This document shows, piece by piece, positions 12,115-24,441 of a DNA stretch of 64,000 bases; positions within the stretch are counted from its first letter, which is position 1; each line of letters opens with the position of its first letter. Made by a program: the position numbers and the translations under genes. Below the pieces are notes generated by a model. The model was given only the letters and a program-made list of their open reading frames with translations, was not told where the DNA came from and searched no databases. Source of the DNA: Octopus sinensis (taxonomy: Eukaryota); assembly GCF_006345805.1 (NCBI RefSeq), contig NC_042998.1, positions 70,370,001 through 70,434,000 on the forward strand. Direction: 5' to 3'.

Positions 12115-13730
12115 CGATTTCAAAATATCACTATTTCGTTTGACTTCATTATTACAATAATGTGTGTGTGTGTGTATATATTTACACACACTCACACACA
12201 TATATATATATGTATATATATGCATGTATGGGTTTCCTTTTTATCCATTGCATAGTTCTCTTGCATTCTTTTCTTTAATCTGATTCCACTCATATCACAT
12301 TGCATATAACAACAGCAGTACACCAAATTACATTAGACTGCAATATATCTCATTGTACCACAATACAGCACATTGAATATTATATGATATTATATGATAT
12401 TGCATTGCATTAAACAATACACCACACCACACCACATTGCACACCACTTTCACCAACTTGTGTGTCATTCTACACTACATCCCACTACATATTATTTGTA
12501 CAATACATCATATTGTACACCACAATGCACTATGCCATACTACATTACATACTACACATACATTAAACTAGAGCACACCATATCACTTACTATACCATAC
12601 CATACAACAGCATACCACAACACACTGTACAATGCACCACAGTAGAGCACACTACACCATAGTAATTTCTCAGCCTTTTCCACATTTTACTAATTATTTG
12701 GGTGTCTTACCCACAGTTTTCTTTCTACATTTAAATATAAACACTCATGCACACACACACACACACATACATACACAAGTACATGAAAAGTGAAACCGCA
12801 CTGCATGTTAGAAATGTGTATGTTGACCATTCCCGTGTCAGTTGAAAATTTCTTATATCCAGAAAGGTTTGTGCAAATGAAAAACAAAAACATTTTGTGT
12901 CATGAAATAACAGTTTACAAGAATTTTTTTTCTTTTACCATTTTTTGGAATCTATTTCTTTCCTTCATTGCTGCACATTTTTTGCTTTTATCTTTGGACT
13001 TATTTCTGCTTTAATCTTTAATTCTTTACCTTTACTATTCTGCATGTCTCTGTGTTGATGACTTATATATACACACATAAATAAGTATGTATGTGTAAAT
13101 ACACATACACAATCATATATATATATATATGTATGTATGTATGTATGTATATGTGTATGTATATGTATATATATATATATGTGTGTGTGTTTATATATAT
13201 ATGTATGTGTGCGTACATATATGTGAGTGTATATATCATCATCATCATGCATATATATATATATGTGATATTTTAAATGCAGTATCTTATTTGTGACAAA
13301 TTAGTTTAAGTTTCATGTTAGAAGGAAGATATCTGACTTGGCTTAACACAATCTGATGGCTGACTTCATCTTCTCAGCAATCGTCAAATTTATTTATATA
13401 TGGCAACCATCAAGACAAGATTATTTGAGAAAAATGTCTTTTCGAGAGTGAATGTCCATTGTACGTGGCAGGGGCAGTAAGTCAATATTTCGAAATATAA
13501 GTAGGACCTCTTGGATCAGTAGCAAATTGGTTCATTTTAAAATCCAAAAGACCTTCTTTTCATTTGATAAAGGTAAAAGTATCATGTAGGTAAACTGTGT
13601 GAAAATTTTTCAAGTATTTATGTTTAGAGCATGTGATTAGAGTGTGATTGGCATTTGATTGGCATAAAATGATGATATATCCCAAAATTGGAGATGTGTC
13701 AAAATGTAGAGGTACTGCTGTCATATAGAG

Positions 13731-14061
13731 CTGTGGTTCTCAGCTGGGTTTCATATGGACCCTGGGTGTCTATTTGGGGATCCACAATAGTATTTTAAGG
13801 GACCGTAAAAAAAAAAATTGCTTTAAATGTATTTATTGCAAGAAACAACCAGGTTTCTTTCTCTGATGTTTTAAATACTCTAACATGTTTCTGGCCACTG
13901 AAACATGTTCTCTCAGAGAGTACTATTGCAAATCTATACAAGTGAATATATGAAAAAACAAACTGGGAATTGCTTATAAACATTAAATGGCTAAGGGGGT
14001 CCTTCAAAATTAAATAGTAATCAGATGGGTTCATAGGAAAAAAAATGGTTGAGAACCACTG
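13731..14061 (+). mobile_element. hAT (Charlie-like) MITE
   Basis: TIRs ctgtggttctca / tgagaaccactg; 8-bp TSD atatagag / atacagag. Related partial copies at about 19250-19345 and 39735-40165. Confidence 0.75.
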
Positions 14062-14410
14062 ATACAGAGAATGTAAGAATATTTATGTACTTCAGTCTGT
14101 CATTGGGCTTATGGAAGAGTTTGTAAGTGTTTAAAGCTAGTGCCAAGGAAGTGTCTAATAAATTTTCTTAAGTCACGAGCTACTGTAATGTTTAGCTCTA
14201 TATTGTAAAACACAGCTGTGAGGTGTTTCCTAAAAGTATCTAAGATATGGTCATACAGCCATATGCTAGTTGTAATCCATCATCTTGGTGACAATTAATG
14301 TTGTAGGTAGGGAATTTAGGCCTTCTAGATTGCATTTAAATTATAAGTTATTGCACATTCCAGGCATAATGAATGTCTTTCAAATATTTTTTGCTCTCAA
14401 ATAATCTCAC

Positions 14411-14508
14411 GTTGCAGGTAGCCATTTGTAAACAAATTTAGTGATTGCTGAGTAAGATGGCCACAGCTTGATCGATGTTGAGCCAGATACCTGCCACCCA
14501 GTATGGAA
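14411..14508 (-). CDS. Candidate exon (SILGGRYLAQHRSSCGHLTQQSLNLFTNGYLQ)
   Basis: Minus acceptor ttacttttaag, donor AAC|gtgaga. One open frame, locally higher GC. Confidence 0.2.
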
Positions 14509-16510
14509 CTTAAAAGTAATTTGTTGCTCATAAGTTACTGTATATAAAATATTAATAATTTTAAAATGCATTGAATGCTTTATTTTGCTGAATGTATCAG
14601 CAAACATTACTCTTACATTATATATATATATGTTTATTTGTGTGTGTTTGAGTGTGTGTGTGTATGTGTGTGTGTGTTTCTATCTCACTTCACTATTTTT
14701 CACTTTCATGTACATTCTGTACATCTTTTTTTTATTATTATATTCAATATTCTATTGATGTCCATTTTTTGTGTGTGTTTTCACACATATGTCATCTCTG
14801 TACAAAGCACTATCATTTTTTTGAATTATACTAGTTGTGATACAATGTGTAGCTTTAGAAAATATTTTGCTTTTCTTTTAGCAAATATTATCCCTTGTTT
14901 AAAAAAAAGTATTGTAGACAAATAAATACATGTTTGTGTATGTGCATATATATGTAAAGGCCATTAGGAAGCACAAACAACTGTTCTAAGTCAAATCACT
15001 TTCTGAGTAGCTCTCTCTTCCACACACATACATGCACAGATACACACTCACATGCACACATCCACACACCTGTGTAATTCTAGATTTTTAAACTTTACAG
15101 GAGAGAGAAAGAGAAAGAGAAAGTCAGTGATGGATGCTAATAATAGAGGATTTGGAGAGAAAGAGAGAGAGATGACTTTCAGTACAAAAAGGATGATGGT
15201 AGTGGGTATTGAATTGAGAAAAAAGTTCGATGCTATCCCCCTTACACTGATCTTGTGATGTGCGAGTGAGCTAGAGGCATAAAGGGTGGTAGTAGGAAAG
15301 GGTTGATTACAAAGATCCAATGGTATCCCTCATTGTATAAATAGCATAATACAAAGAGGGTGAGGGCAGTAGATGAAGTCTTAATGGAAACATAATGGGC
15401 TAGAGACCAAAATGTAGGTATATTATACATACCTGCATCCTCCTCATCCTCATCTTCCTCCTCCACCACCATCACCACCATTTTAATGTCTATTTTGCCA
15501 TACCTGCCTGAGTGGACAGGAATTCTCTGGCATCACATGTCACCACTCATCACGGTCCTTTGTTCACATTATATGTCCATACCAGTTTTTTAATCATTGT
15601 CTAATGCCTTTAGTTCCTTGTCGTCTTGCAAATTCACAATAAACATCCACCAGACCATATTTCCTATCTCCAGCAATGAATATAAAGTGGTCAAGCAACA
15701 AAAAGTATTTCATTTAGGTAACCCTACTTCTTACATTACACTGCAACACCATTCTATTGCTAGTGCCACCTATAACATTAATTATATTATTACCTAGGTA
15801 ACTAGTTGTTGTACTTGCTTACTACTTTCAGTATGTGATCTGAACAATTCAACTCTGCTAATACTATAAATTATTGTACCAATATGCCTAAAGTTTTGGC
15901 CCTTTGTCAGGGAGTTCACCCACACCTGTTATACATACCTATTGTTTCTACTGACAATACACAGCATTTAGTATACACCTTCCTATGCTCTAGCTAGTTT
16001 CTTTTATAGAGTATTGTTTGTTCTCTTGCTTTTTCTATTTTAATTGGCCTATCACATGCTTCAGTATTATTATTATGGCTGTAGATTTGTAGATATATGT
16101 ATGAGTGTGTTTGTGTCTGTACACACATACACATATGCACTTTTTCTTTTTGTATTTTTATTTAGTCACCATTCCGTTACCAAACATTGAGCTTGCTTGT
16201 CTGACCTTTAACCTTGTTCATCAAATATATGCTCCTAAAGTAGAAAAATCTCTTTTATTCAGAATTTTAACTACCATTATTGTTCACTACCTTGGCACCC
16301 ACTTCTAATACAGAAGCTTTCTCTTTATTTTCCTGTATAAACACCAGAAAGAAAATGTTTAACCACTGGTTTAAAAGCTGTCAAGCGAACCTTAAAATCC
16401 CGATGCAGTTGCAACAAGTCCACCTGCTTCATTGAAATATCTTTTGATGATATCCTTATAATATTGCTTCAGATACCCTCTTTCACAACTTTCCACATTT
16501 TAGCTCACTG

Positions 16511-16725
16511 TGTGAGCGGGTGCTGAAAAGTTCCTGGCTTTAAGGGTATCACAAACGCTGGGTTGGAGGCCTAACCTTTGAGTTCTTTTCAAGGCTTAGA
16601 AAAACTGAGGGATCACTGCAGTAAGTGTGTAAATCTGAGAGGGGAATATGTTAAATAAAATAATTAACTGATCCTCCTGTATTTTCTTTTACCCAGAGTT
16701 AGGAACTCTTCAGCATTTCCTTGTA
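16511..16725 (+). mobile_element. Mariner-derived MITE; a partial inverted copy lies at about 57090-57190
   Basis: Imperfect TIRs gtgctgaaaagttcctggcttt / agttaggaactcttcagca. Internal GLEKLRDHCSKCVNLRGEYVK* matches a mariner transposase C-terminus. Confidence 0.75.
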
Positions 16726-17203
16726 GAGAATAACTTTGGAGATCCTAGTCTCTACCATGAGGGTCATGTGCCTCACCCATTGCAACAGCTGTTCCGTAAG
16801 GATATAATCAACACTAGACATATTTTCACATTGGAGGACCTCTTGATTAGACATGCGATTTGGCCAAGAAATACCGATTACAGGGAATGTTCAGGCAATT
16901 ACACTTTAATAAATGTCTTTGTTAATATGGGAAATACTCAGCTAATTATGCTATAAATAATATTTTTATAAATTAGGAAATACTCAACCAGTTACACTAT
17001 AATCAGTATTTTTGTTAATTAGGGAATAGCCAGCCAAGAAAGCTATAATTAATAGGGAAACTACTCGGCTAATTATACTATAATTAATAACTTTGTTGAT
17101 ATAAAAAATTAAAGGACAGTAAATTTTGATAAAGAAATTGTATCACCCAGTGCATAAAGCACTCTGTCAGATTGACAGAGGGCCCTTAATGGAACCTATA
17201 CTA

Positions 17204-17239
<36 letters not shown>

Positions 17240-17564
17240 TTAACATCTGCTTTCCATGCTGGCATAGATTGGACAGTTTGACTGAAAACTGGGAAGCTGG
17301 GATACTGCACCAGATTTCAGTCTGACTTAGCAAGGTTTCTACAGTTGGATGCCCTTCCTAATGCCAACCACTCCAAGAGTGTAGTGGGTGTTATTTATGT
17401 GCCACCAACATGGGTGCCATTGACCTGACACCGGCATCAGCCATGACTATAGTCTCACTTGGCTTGACAAGTCTACACAAGCATGGTATATTGCCAAAGG
17501 TCTTAGTTACCTGTTACAACCTCCATGAGGCCCAATGCTCAAATGGTGCTTTTTACATGCCACC

Positions 17565-17709
17565 ACATCTTTTAAAAACTTCGAAAAGAAGAACATCCCT
17601 CTACTGGCCAAGCACACATGGCAGTTAAAGGAGAAGACTGTGATCTAGACTATGACATCAAATGGAGGTTGTTGGAGAAATGCAAGACATATTCCAATTG
17701 CAGCAGGAA
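17565..17709 (+). mobile_element. Penelope-like element, GIY-YIG endonuclease C-terminal remnant
   Basis: With one frameshift it translates TSFKNFEKKNIPLLAKHTWQLKEK/DLDYDIKWRLLEKCKTYSNCSRK. This matches the PLE pattern SF...LSK.IW.LK....Y.IKW.IL.K...Y. Confidence 0.65.
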
Positions 17710-17715
17710 ATCTGT

Positions 17716-18060
17716 TGAGACCCCCTTCAGTCAAGACTGACCATGGGATTGCACCTAGAAAGTTACCCTCCCAGGCACAAGTCCAGGCAAGGTTGTTTAT
17801 GGAAGACCATCAGTCACCTATGCATACTGGTGGCCTCCCCTCTCCACGCCACCAGTGTTATCCAAGGGAAAGGCAAAGGGGCCGATACAGCTTGGCCCCT
17901 GTGACGTCGCAACTCATTTCTACAGCTGAGTGAACTGGAGCAAGAGGAAATAAAGTGTCTTGCTTAAGAACACAACACGCAGCCCGGTCTGGGATTCAAA
18001 CTCACAACCTCACGATTGTAAGCTCGATGCTCTAACCACTGAGCCATGTAACTTCACAGC
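17716..18060 (-). mobile_element. tRNA-headed SINE (family C-related). Related heads at about 39100-39430(-) and 54215-54330(-)
   Basis: Minus: tggctcagtggttagagc...gagtttgaatccc...gttgtgttcttaagcaagacactttat...tccagttcactcagctg. Confidence 0.8.
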
Positions 18061-20154
18061 AGGAAATACAGATTGTCTTAATGAGAAGAAACAGCTTCTT
18101 AAGGGCTGCCTCACACCTGAAATGTATCTAAATATCAAGTTGGAGATGTTTACACCTTGTTTATATGAATTAAAGTAAATTTTAAGATACTGGTCCAAAC
18201 AGCCTTAGCAATATGACACCATTGCTCCCTCTCCTCCACTATTCTTTCCCACACCTGATCCTCCATTCAACCTTTCACCCCTTTAATATTGCTGCCATCC
18301 TTCTATTTATCTCTTCCTACATCTTTCTCTCTCTACCTTTTCCTCTTCCTCTTTCCCTCTTTCTCTATCTTTCTTTCTCTACACACTAATGACATTTTGT
18401 CCCTTCTGATCTGCATGTCAAAACTGAACCGAACACATGCTATCATTGTTGACTGAATCCAAGAAAAGATCTTTCGATTGGACTGATTGTTAAAAAGATT
18501 GACCAACACCATACAGTCAATGGCTCACAGATGTCCTGATTCTTCCCTCTCCCTTTTCAATCACTACGACTATGATTTATTTATCAAAACTAAACAATCA
18601 CAGATACACAGATGTCTTGATGCTTCTCTCTACATCTTCAATCATTATTATAATGACAAGTCAACACTATACAATTACATGCTCACAGTTATCCTGATTC
18701 TTCTCTTTATTTCTCCACTCACTGCCACAATGACTTGCTTATTAGATACCTTGTCCACACCTTACTATCACTGGCTCTACCCCTTCAGTCTTTAGCTCTA
18801 CAATAAATTACAAACACTATGCATTTGCTGGTTCACAAATATCTTCATTCTTCTCTCTATCTCTTCAATCATTACTACAGTGACATTTGCTCCTTTGCAG
18901 TACCATTTTATTCCAGTTATACCCACTCGTCCCACTGTGAGTCAGTTTGGGAGCCACTATACGATCCTTGACCTGTTAAAAACAGCAACTAAATCTCTAT
19001 CAAACCACACAATTTCCAAGAAGCAAATATTGGATCATGTGAATTAGATGCATTATTTTCTTAATAAAATTGTCATCATTTGGATACTTTTATTCCCGGG
19101 TCTGTTCGATTGGGACTAGGCAACAGCAAGAACAGTAACAATTTGCACCACCTATCTATCTTCCTCTTATCACCCTTAGTTTAGTCTATTCCAACCTTTT
19201 CACTACCAAGGATCCCTTTTATTTAAATGAATTTTCCCGTGGACTCCTGAATATTGAAAGGTCTGTCAGCTTAACATGTTCATGGACCCTCAGTACTACC
19301 TTTGCTACCAGGGGTCAATTGACCACAAGCTGGGAACCACTGCACTAAACTCTTTTCCCAATCTTTTCTCCCCCATACAATATCCCTCTGGAAATCTGTT
19401 GTCACTAAGCTTTCTCAACCTACTATGTATGTACAGCCTCATTAAGTCACCACTCTGGGATACTCTGCTGCTGCTTCTCATCTCATTATCTTAAAAAGAA
19501 TTGGCTAGAAAGAAAACACACACGCATACACCCGTTCTACTGTAAAACATTTGATGAAAAAGTCAAAATTATATACCAGTATCTGACATTTTTTTTCTAA
19601 CAAATTATTGCAGAATTAGTTAAGATTGTTCTAAAATCAAAATTTTTTGTCATTAGATAATCACAGAAGAAATAGTGAAGATTCTCTATCTAAATCTCAG
19701 TTATTTCACCAAATCATTATAGTCAGGCTTCATTTTCCAAGTACAGCTCCACTGTTGGTGAGACTATAATGAAGACGGTATAACAAAAGAACTTCACAGC
19801 TTTCTTCTTATTCTCATATCAAACAGCAAACCAATTAGCTCGTTAACCATGATCCTATGATTTAGCTTCTATCTGCTCCTCGTTGTTGAACTAATGAGTT
19901 TGGAAACAAAATAGATTCAGTACTAAAAATAACACATCTTATTTACTATAGCCTTGAACAGTTCTGTGTTGATTTGAAGAAATCTTCATTCCATTTTGGG
20001 TGATATTTCAATAAAACAACAAGAAACGACGGTTCTTTTCTTTTTATATATTTTGCAAACTGTTTACATCTGCTTCTGTGCAGGTGTGTATCAACAACAT
20101 TTACCAGTATGAAAGGTGGACACATATGTATGCATGTGTGATGTGTGTGTGTAT

Positions 20155-20185
<31 letters not shown>

Positions 20186-20329
20186 AACACATGCACCAGC
20201 ACACACACACAAATGTAAACAGTTTACAAAGATATAAAAAGTGGATATACAATGTTATATATACCCACACATATACACAAGTATATACATACTTGTGCTT
20301 ATATATGTATATATATATATACATATATG

Positions 20330-20380
<51 letters not shown>

Positions 20381-20403
20381 TTTATTTAAAAGCAGCAGAA
20401 ATT

Positions 20404-20458
20404 TAACAAAAGCTGTTACTCGGAGTTTCACGTTCCTGTTCGTCGGACAGTTTTGTTA
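20404..20458 (-). ncRNA. Minimal type I hammerhead motif (U4C variant)
   Basis: Minus: taacaaaa ctgt-CCGACGA-ac aggaac gt-GAA-AC tccga GT-A-acag c ttttgtta. 12-bp stem I with one bulge; near-palindromic stem III (ACTC C GAGT). Confidence 0.68.
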
Positions 20459-20589
20459 TATATACATACATACATACACACATTTGTCTAACACATGCCA
20501 GCATGGAGAATGGACGGCTGATGACAGTACCGCCTGATTGACACTTGTGCCAGTGGAACGTTAAAAGCACATCCGAGCGTGTGGCATGG

Positions 20590-21000
20590 TGCAGAGTCCT
20601 GTTGTCAGATTACCTTCTCCAGGCACTTAATGTAGGCCTCCGTGTTGAGTCTGAGACTGTGTGGGAAGATGAATGGAAGCATAACATTGCCATCACTGTT
20701 GACCACTCCAAACACCATGATGTTGACTGAATGTTTGATTTTTATCTCTCTCGGTACGTGTCCTCAGATTGACACCCAAACACTATGAAAGGTTTGTATT
20801 GGGGCTTGCAGCACAAATGTCAAGCAGTACATCATATTTTTTCCAAATTACTGGCAGAGTTAATTGCATCATGGTGCTGTCTTTCTCACAAACAGTTCCC
20901 AACTGACCCTACCATACTGTGTAGTTGACAAAATCAAACACAAACACGTGCATGAAATTAAAAATATAAAATGGTGACAATTTATCCATCGCACCCTGTA
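20590..21000 (-). mobile_element. Internally deleted Tc1/mariner transposon with one TIR
   Basis: TIR tacagggtgcgatggataaattgtcaccatttt at 21000, next to (TA)n. Transposase pieces IWKKYDVLL...CLGVNLRT and KHSVNIMVFGVVNSDGNVMLPFIFPHSLRLNTEAYIKCLEKV. Confidence 0.85.
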
Positions 21001-21790
21001 TATAAATGTATACACACATAAACACACACATATATACACACATATGTAAGTATATGTATATACATACATACTTACACACATACATGTGTGTGTGTGACAC
21101 TTGCTCTTGGTGCCATGCATTGGGATTGAATCTGAAACCATCTGGTTGGGAAGTGAACCACTTCACCAAACAGGCACATGCATACATTCGTATGCACGTG
21201 CATACACACTCCCCCCACACACACATATGCATATGCACACACACACACTTAAAAAATTTTATTTCTTGTCTCATTTAAAGACACTGCCTTCTCACTCTTC
21301 TAGCCTGTTGCTATGGTAACAAAGCTGACATAAATTGACTTTTAGTACATATATTGTTGTTACAAGTGACCTGTCTACAAGCAGGAGCTTTCGATCTTTG
21401 TTGTTGAGTTATAGTGGTTTAAGTAAGATAATCTATTGAACTAACAGATCTTAAGATCACAATTTCAAATCTGCTAAGGGTTCTTTTTTATTTTTATTGT
21501 TGTTCTTATTTAGTCCCGGGTCAATGTTGATTGATCTGATCTCTGATGAAAAGTGTTACAGCACTGACCATCCCATCTTTTTGTATATTTGTGGCTACAT
21601 ATTCAATACATCCATCCATTTTGTTTTTAACAGTTGGCTATGATATAGGTGGCATTTAGCTGTTATCTTTAGCAGGTCGTGCAACCACTTTGGCTCATAG
21701 CACTTTATTGCATTTCTGAATGGAAAACAATCTTACTTCAGTATACGTCTCTATCGATAATAGGTACCAGATTAAGAATGTTACATATGC

Positions 21791-22200
21791 GCAGACATGG
21801 CTGTGTGGTAGGTAGCTTGCTTACAAACCACAAGGTTCCAGGTTCAGTCCCATTGTGTAGCACCTTGGGCAAGTGTCTTCCACTGTAGCATCGGGCCAAC
21901 CGAAGCTTTGTGAGTGGATTGGTAGATGGAAACTGAAAGAAGCCTGTTGTATATATATATATATATATATATATTAGAGAAAAACCACTATTATATATGT
22001 GTGTGTGTGTGTGTCTGTGTTTGTCCCCCCACCGATGTTGGTGTGTTTACATCCCCATAACTTAGTGGTTCAGCAAAAGAGACTGATAGGATAAGTACTA
22101 GGCTTGCAAAGAATAAGTCCTGGGGGGGGGGTCGACTTGTTTGACTAAAGCCAGTGCTCCAGCATGGCCGCAGTCAAATGACTGAAACAAATAAAAGAAT
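21791..22200 (+). mobile_element. SINE family A
   Basis: Same head, body and tail as 42701-43097; followed directly by another copy at about 22405-22800. Confidence 0.85.
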
Positions 22201-23453
22201 AGAATAAAAGAATGCTAGACCGATATTCTCTATTATTTCAGTTCACCTAGCTGTCAGTCCTACCATTCAGTCGACTGCTAACACAGTAGAACACAGTAAT
22301 GATTTATAAAAAATGTTTAGTATACTTGTATACTTATGGTTGCATAATCAAAATACTGCGTACCAAGTCACTATTAGAATGTATTTTGTACATTTTGATC
22401 ATTAGGCGCAGGCCTGGTTGTCTGGTAATGAGCTTGCTTCCCAACTACATGGTTTGGGGGCATGGCACCTTGGGCATGTGTCTTTTACTATGGCCTCGAA
22501 CCGACCAAAGCCTTGTGAGTGGATTTGTTAGATAGAAACTGAAGGAAGCCTGTTGTATGTATATATATATATATATCTACATATTTGTGTGTTTGTGTCT
22601 GTATTTATTCCCTCACCATCACTTGACCATTGGTGTGTTTTTGTCCCTATAACTTAGTAGTTTGGCAAAAGAGACCGATAGAATAAGTATCAGGGTTACA
22701 AAGAATAAGTCCAGGGCAGGGGTCGATTTATTTGACTAAAAGGTGGTGCTCTGGCATGGTAACAGTCAAAATGACTAAAAGAATAAAAGAATAAAAGAAT
22801 AAAATAGAATACTTTACACCATTTAGTTCTGGTATGACAGCAAGCTGGCTGAATTCAAATCCCACTGAGGTATAACTTTACCTTTCATGTACTGGGGTTG
22901 ATGTAACTGACTTGACTCTTCCTTCAGAATTGCTGGCCTTGTGCTTAAATGAGAAAGAATTATCTAGAACTGCTCCTGTACCAGTGGCATATAAAATGCA
23001 CCATTCAAGTGTGGTCGATGCCAGTACCGACTGACTGGCCCTCATGCTGGTGGCACATAAAAAGCACCCACTACAACCTTGGAGTGGTCAGTGTTACGAA
23101 AGTCAGCTAGCTGTAGAGACTTTGCCAGATCGGATTGGAGTCGGTGCAGCCTTCTGGCTTGCCAGCTTTCAGTCAAACCGTCCAGCCCATGCCAGTTGGA
23201 AAGTGAATGTTAAACGACGATGACGACGATGATGATGGTTGTTTATGTTTTGAATTCAGACATTTTTCCTTTCATTCCCTGCAGGGTCAGTGAAATTTGT
23301 ATCTAGTGTTGATTTCATCAACTGATACTGGTGTCTCCAAGCATTCTTCAAGCCTGAAACTGTGTCCAAGAACAAATCTATTTAGTGCCAGTTGCTTTTT
23401 GAGGGCAATGTGGGTGTTGACCTCCACTCACCACAATATTCACCATGGTTTTG

Positions 23454-23675
23454 AAGGCGGCAAGCTGGCAGAATCGTTAGCATGCCAGGCGAAATGCTTT
23501 GCGGTATTTTGTCTGCCGTTATGTTCTGAGTTCAAATTCCGCCAAGGTTGATTTTGCCTTTCATCCTTTCAGGGTCGATTAAATAAGTACCAGTTACGCA
23601 CTGGGGTCGATATAATCGATTTAATCCGTTCGTCTATCCTTGTTTGTCCTCTCTGCGTTTAGCCCCTTGTGGGTA
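23454..23675 (+). mobile_element. SINE family B (young, CpG-rich copy)
   Basis: ggcggcaagctggcagaatcgttagc...gttctgagttcaaattccgcc...tttgcctttcatccttt. Confidence 0.85.
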
Positions 23676-24182
23676 GTAAAAAAAAAAAAGGTTATGAAGA
23701 GCAGCAGTGATCCCAGCTATTATTATTTTCCAAAGGCATTGTGACAGAACACTTCTACACTAAATTTGTAAATAATGGGTTATGGGGTGCCATCATACAT
23801 GTGATGATAGTTGTTTCCAGTCTGTCATGAAAAACATGACTGGCTGTGAGGAAATTTCGCCTTGCTTGGAAACAGGTGAAGGTTGGTGATAGGATGGCAT
23901 CCACTTATAGAGGGCTTGCCCCAATGAATTCCGTCTGCCCCATGCAATCATAGAAAAGCAGATGTTAAACAATAATTATGTATGTGTGTGTGTAGTTCAA
24001 ATTTACCGAAAACAAAAGACAAAAACAGGTGAGGTAGCAACAAGCAAGTGTATTAGTTTAACGCTTGGGAAGAATGGAAAAGTCTTTGACATTTTGTGCC
24101 TTTAACTGAAAGAAATGAGAGGAAAAAATGGAGAGAGAAAAATACATATCTATATCTATTATTCTTATATAAGAATGTTGTC

Positions 24183-24228
24183 GACTGTGATTTTGAAGTT
24201 TCAGCCAGCTAAATCATTGTCAGCAGTC
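24183..24228 (-). ncRNA. Degenerate hammerhead motif (same family as 45259)
   Basis: Minus: gactg-CTGACAA-tgatttagctggct-GAAAC ttcaaa ATC-acagtc. Shares tagctggctgaaactt with 45274-45289; G8A and stem III changes. Confidence 0.5.
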
Positions 24229-24267
24229 TGATGATGGTGTAGCTGTCTGAAAATTCTAAGTCACTGT
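24223..24267 (+). ncRNA. Hammerhead motif, head-to-head with 24183-24228
   Basis: gcagt-CTGATGA-tggtgtagctgtct-GAAA a ttctaa GTC-actgt. Core intact, stem III one change from ACTTCTAAGT, stem II weak. Confidence 0.55.
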
Positions 24268-24410
24268 CAACAACATTTTTGTATAAGAATAACAAATTTG
24301 TAGTCTACGATAGTATAAACTCATCAGATTAATGTAAAATTGGTTTTTATTATAAATGAACATAAAAACAAACATTAATATACATATACATACACATATA
24401 TGTGTGCGTG

Positions 24411-24441
<31 letters not shown>

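Larger units (their letters stand above)
11901..12158. repeat. Near-perfect 258-bp palindrome with a tiny central loop
   Basis: tgtaataatcaagtcaaaccaaatagtgatattttgaaatc ... gatttcaaaatatcactatttcgtttgacttcattattaca; centre catttca-caattt-tgaaatg. Confidence 0.92.
24159..24291. repeat. Imperfect palindrome (about 130 bp)
   Basis: attcttatataagaatgttgtcgac / gtcaacaacatttttgtataagaat; arms overlap at cagtc 24224-24228. Confidence 0.8.

Noticed and set aside
13378-13476. Candidate + exon (99 nt, phase 2-2; NRQIYLYMATIKTRLFEKNVFSRVNVHCTWQG)
   Set aside because: Splice sites are fair, but composition matches the intron background and no convincing join to the main gene was found; unresolved rather than excluded.
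23284-23413. Strong + acceptor (ttttcctttcattccctgcag)
   Set aside because: Stops in all three frames within about 40 nt; no usable donor.
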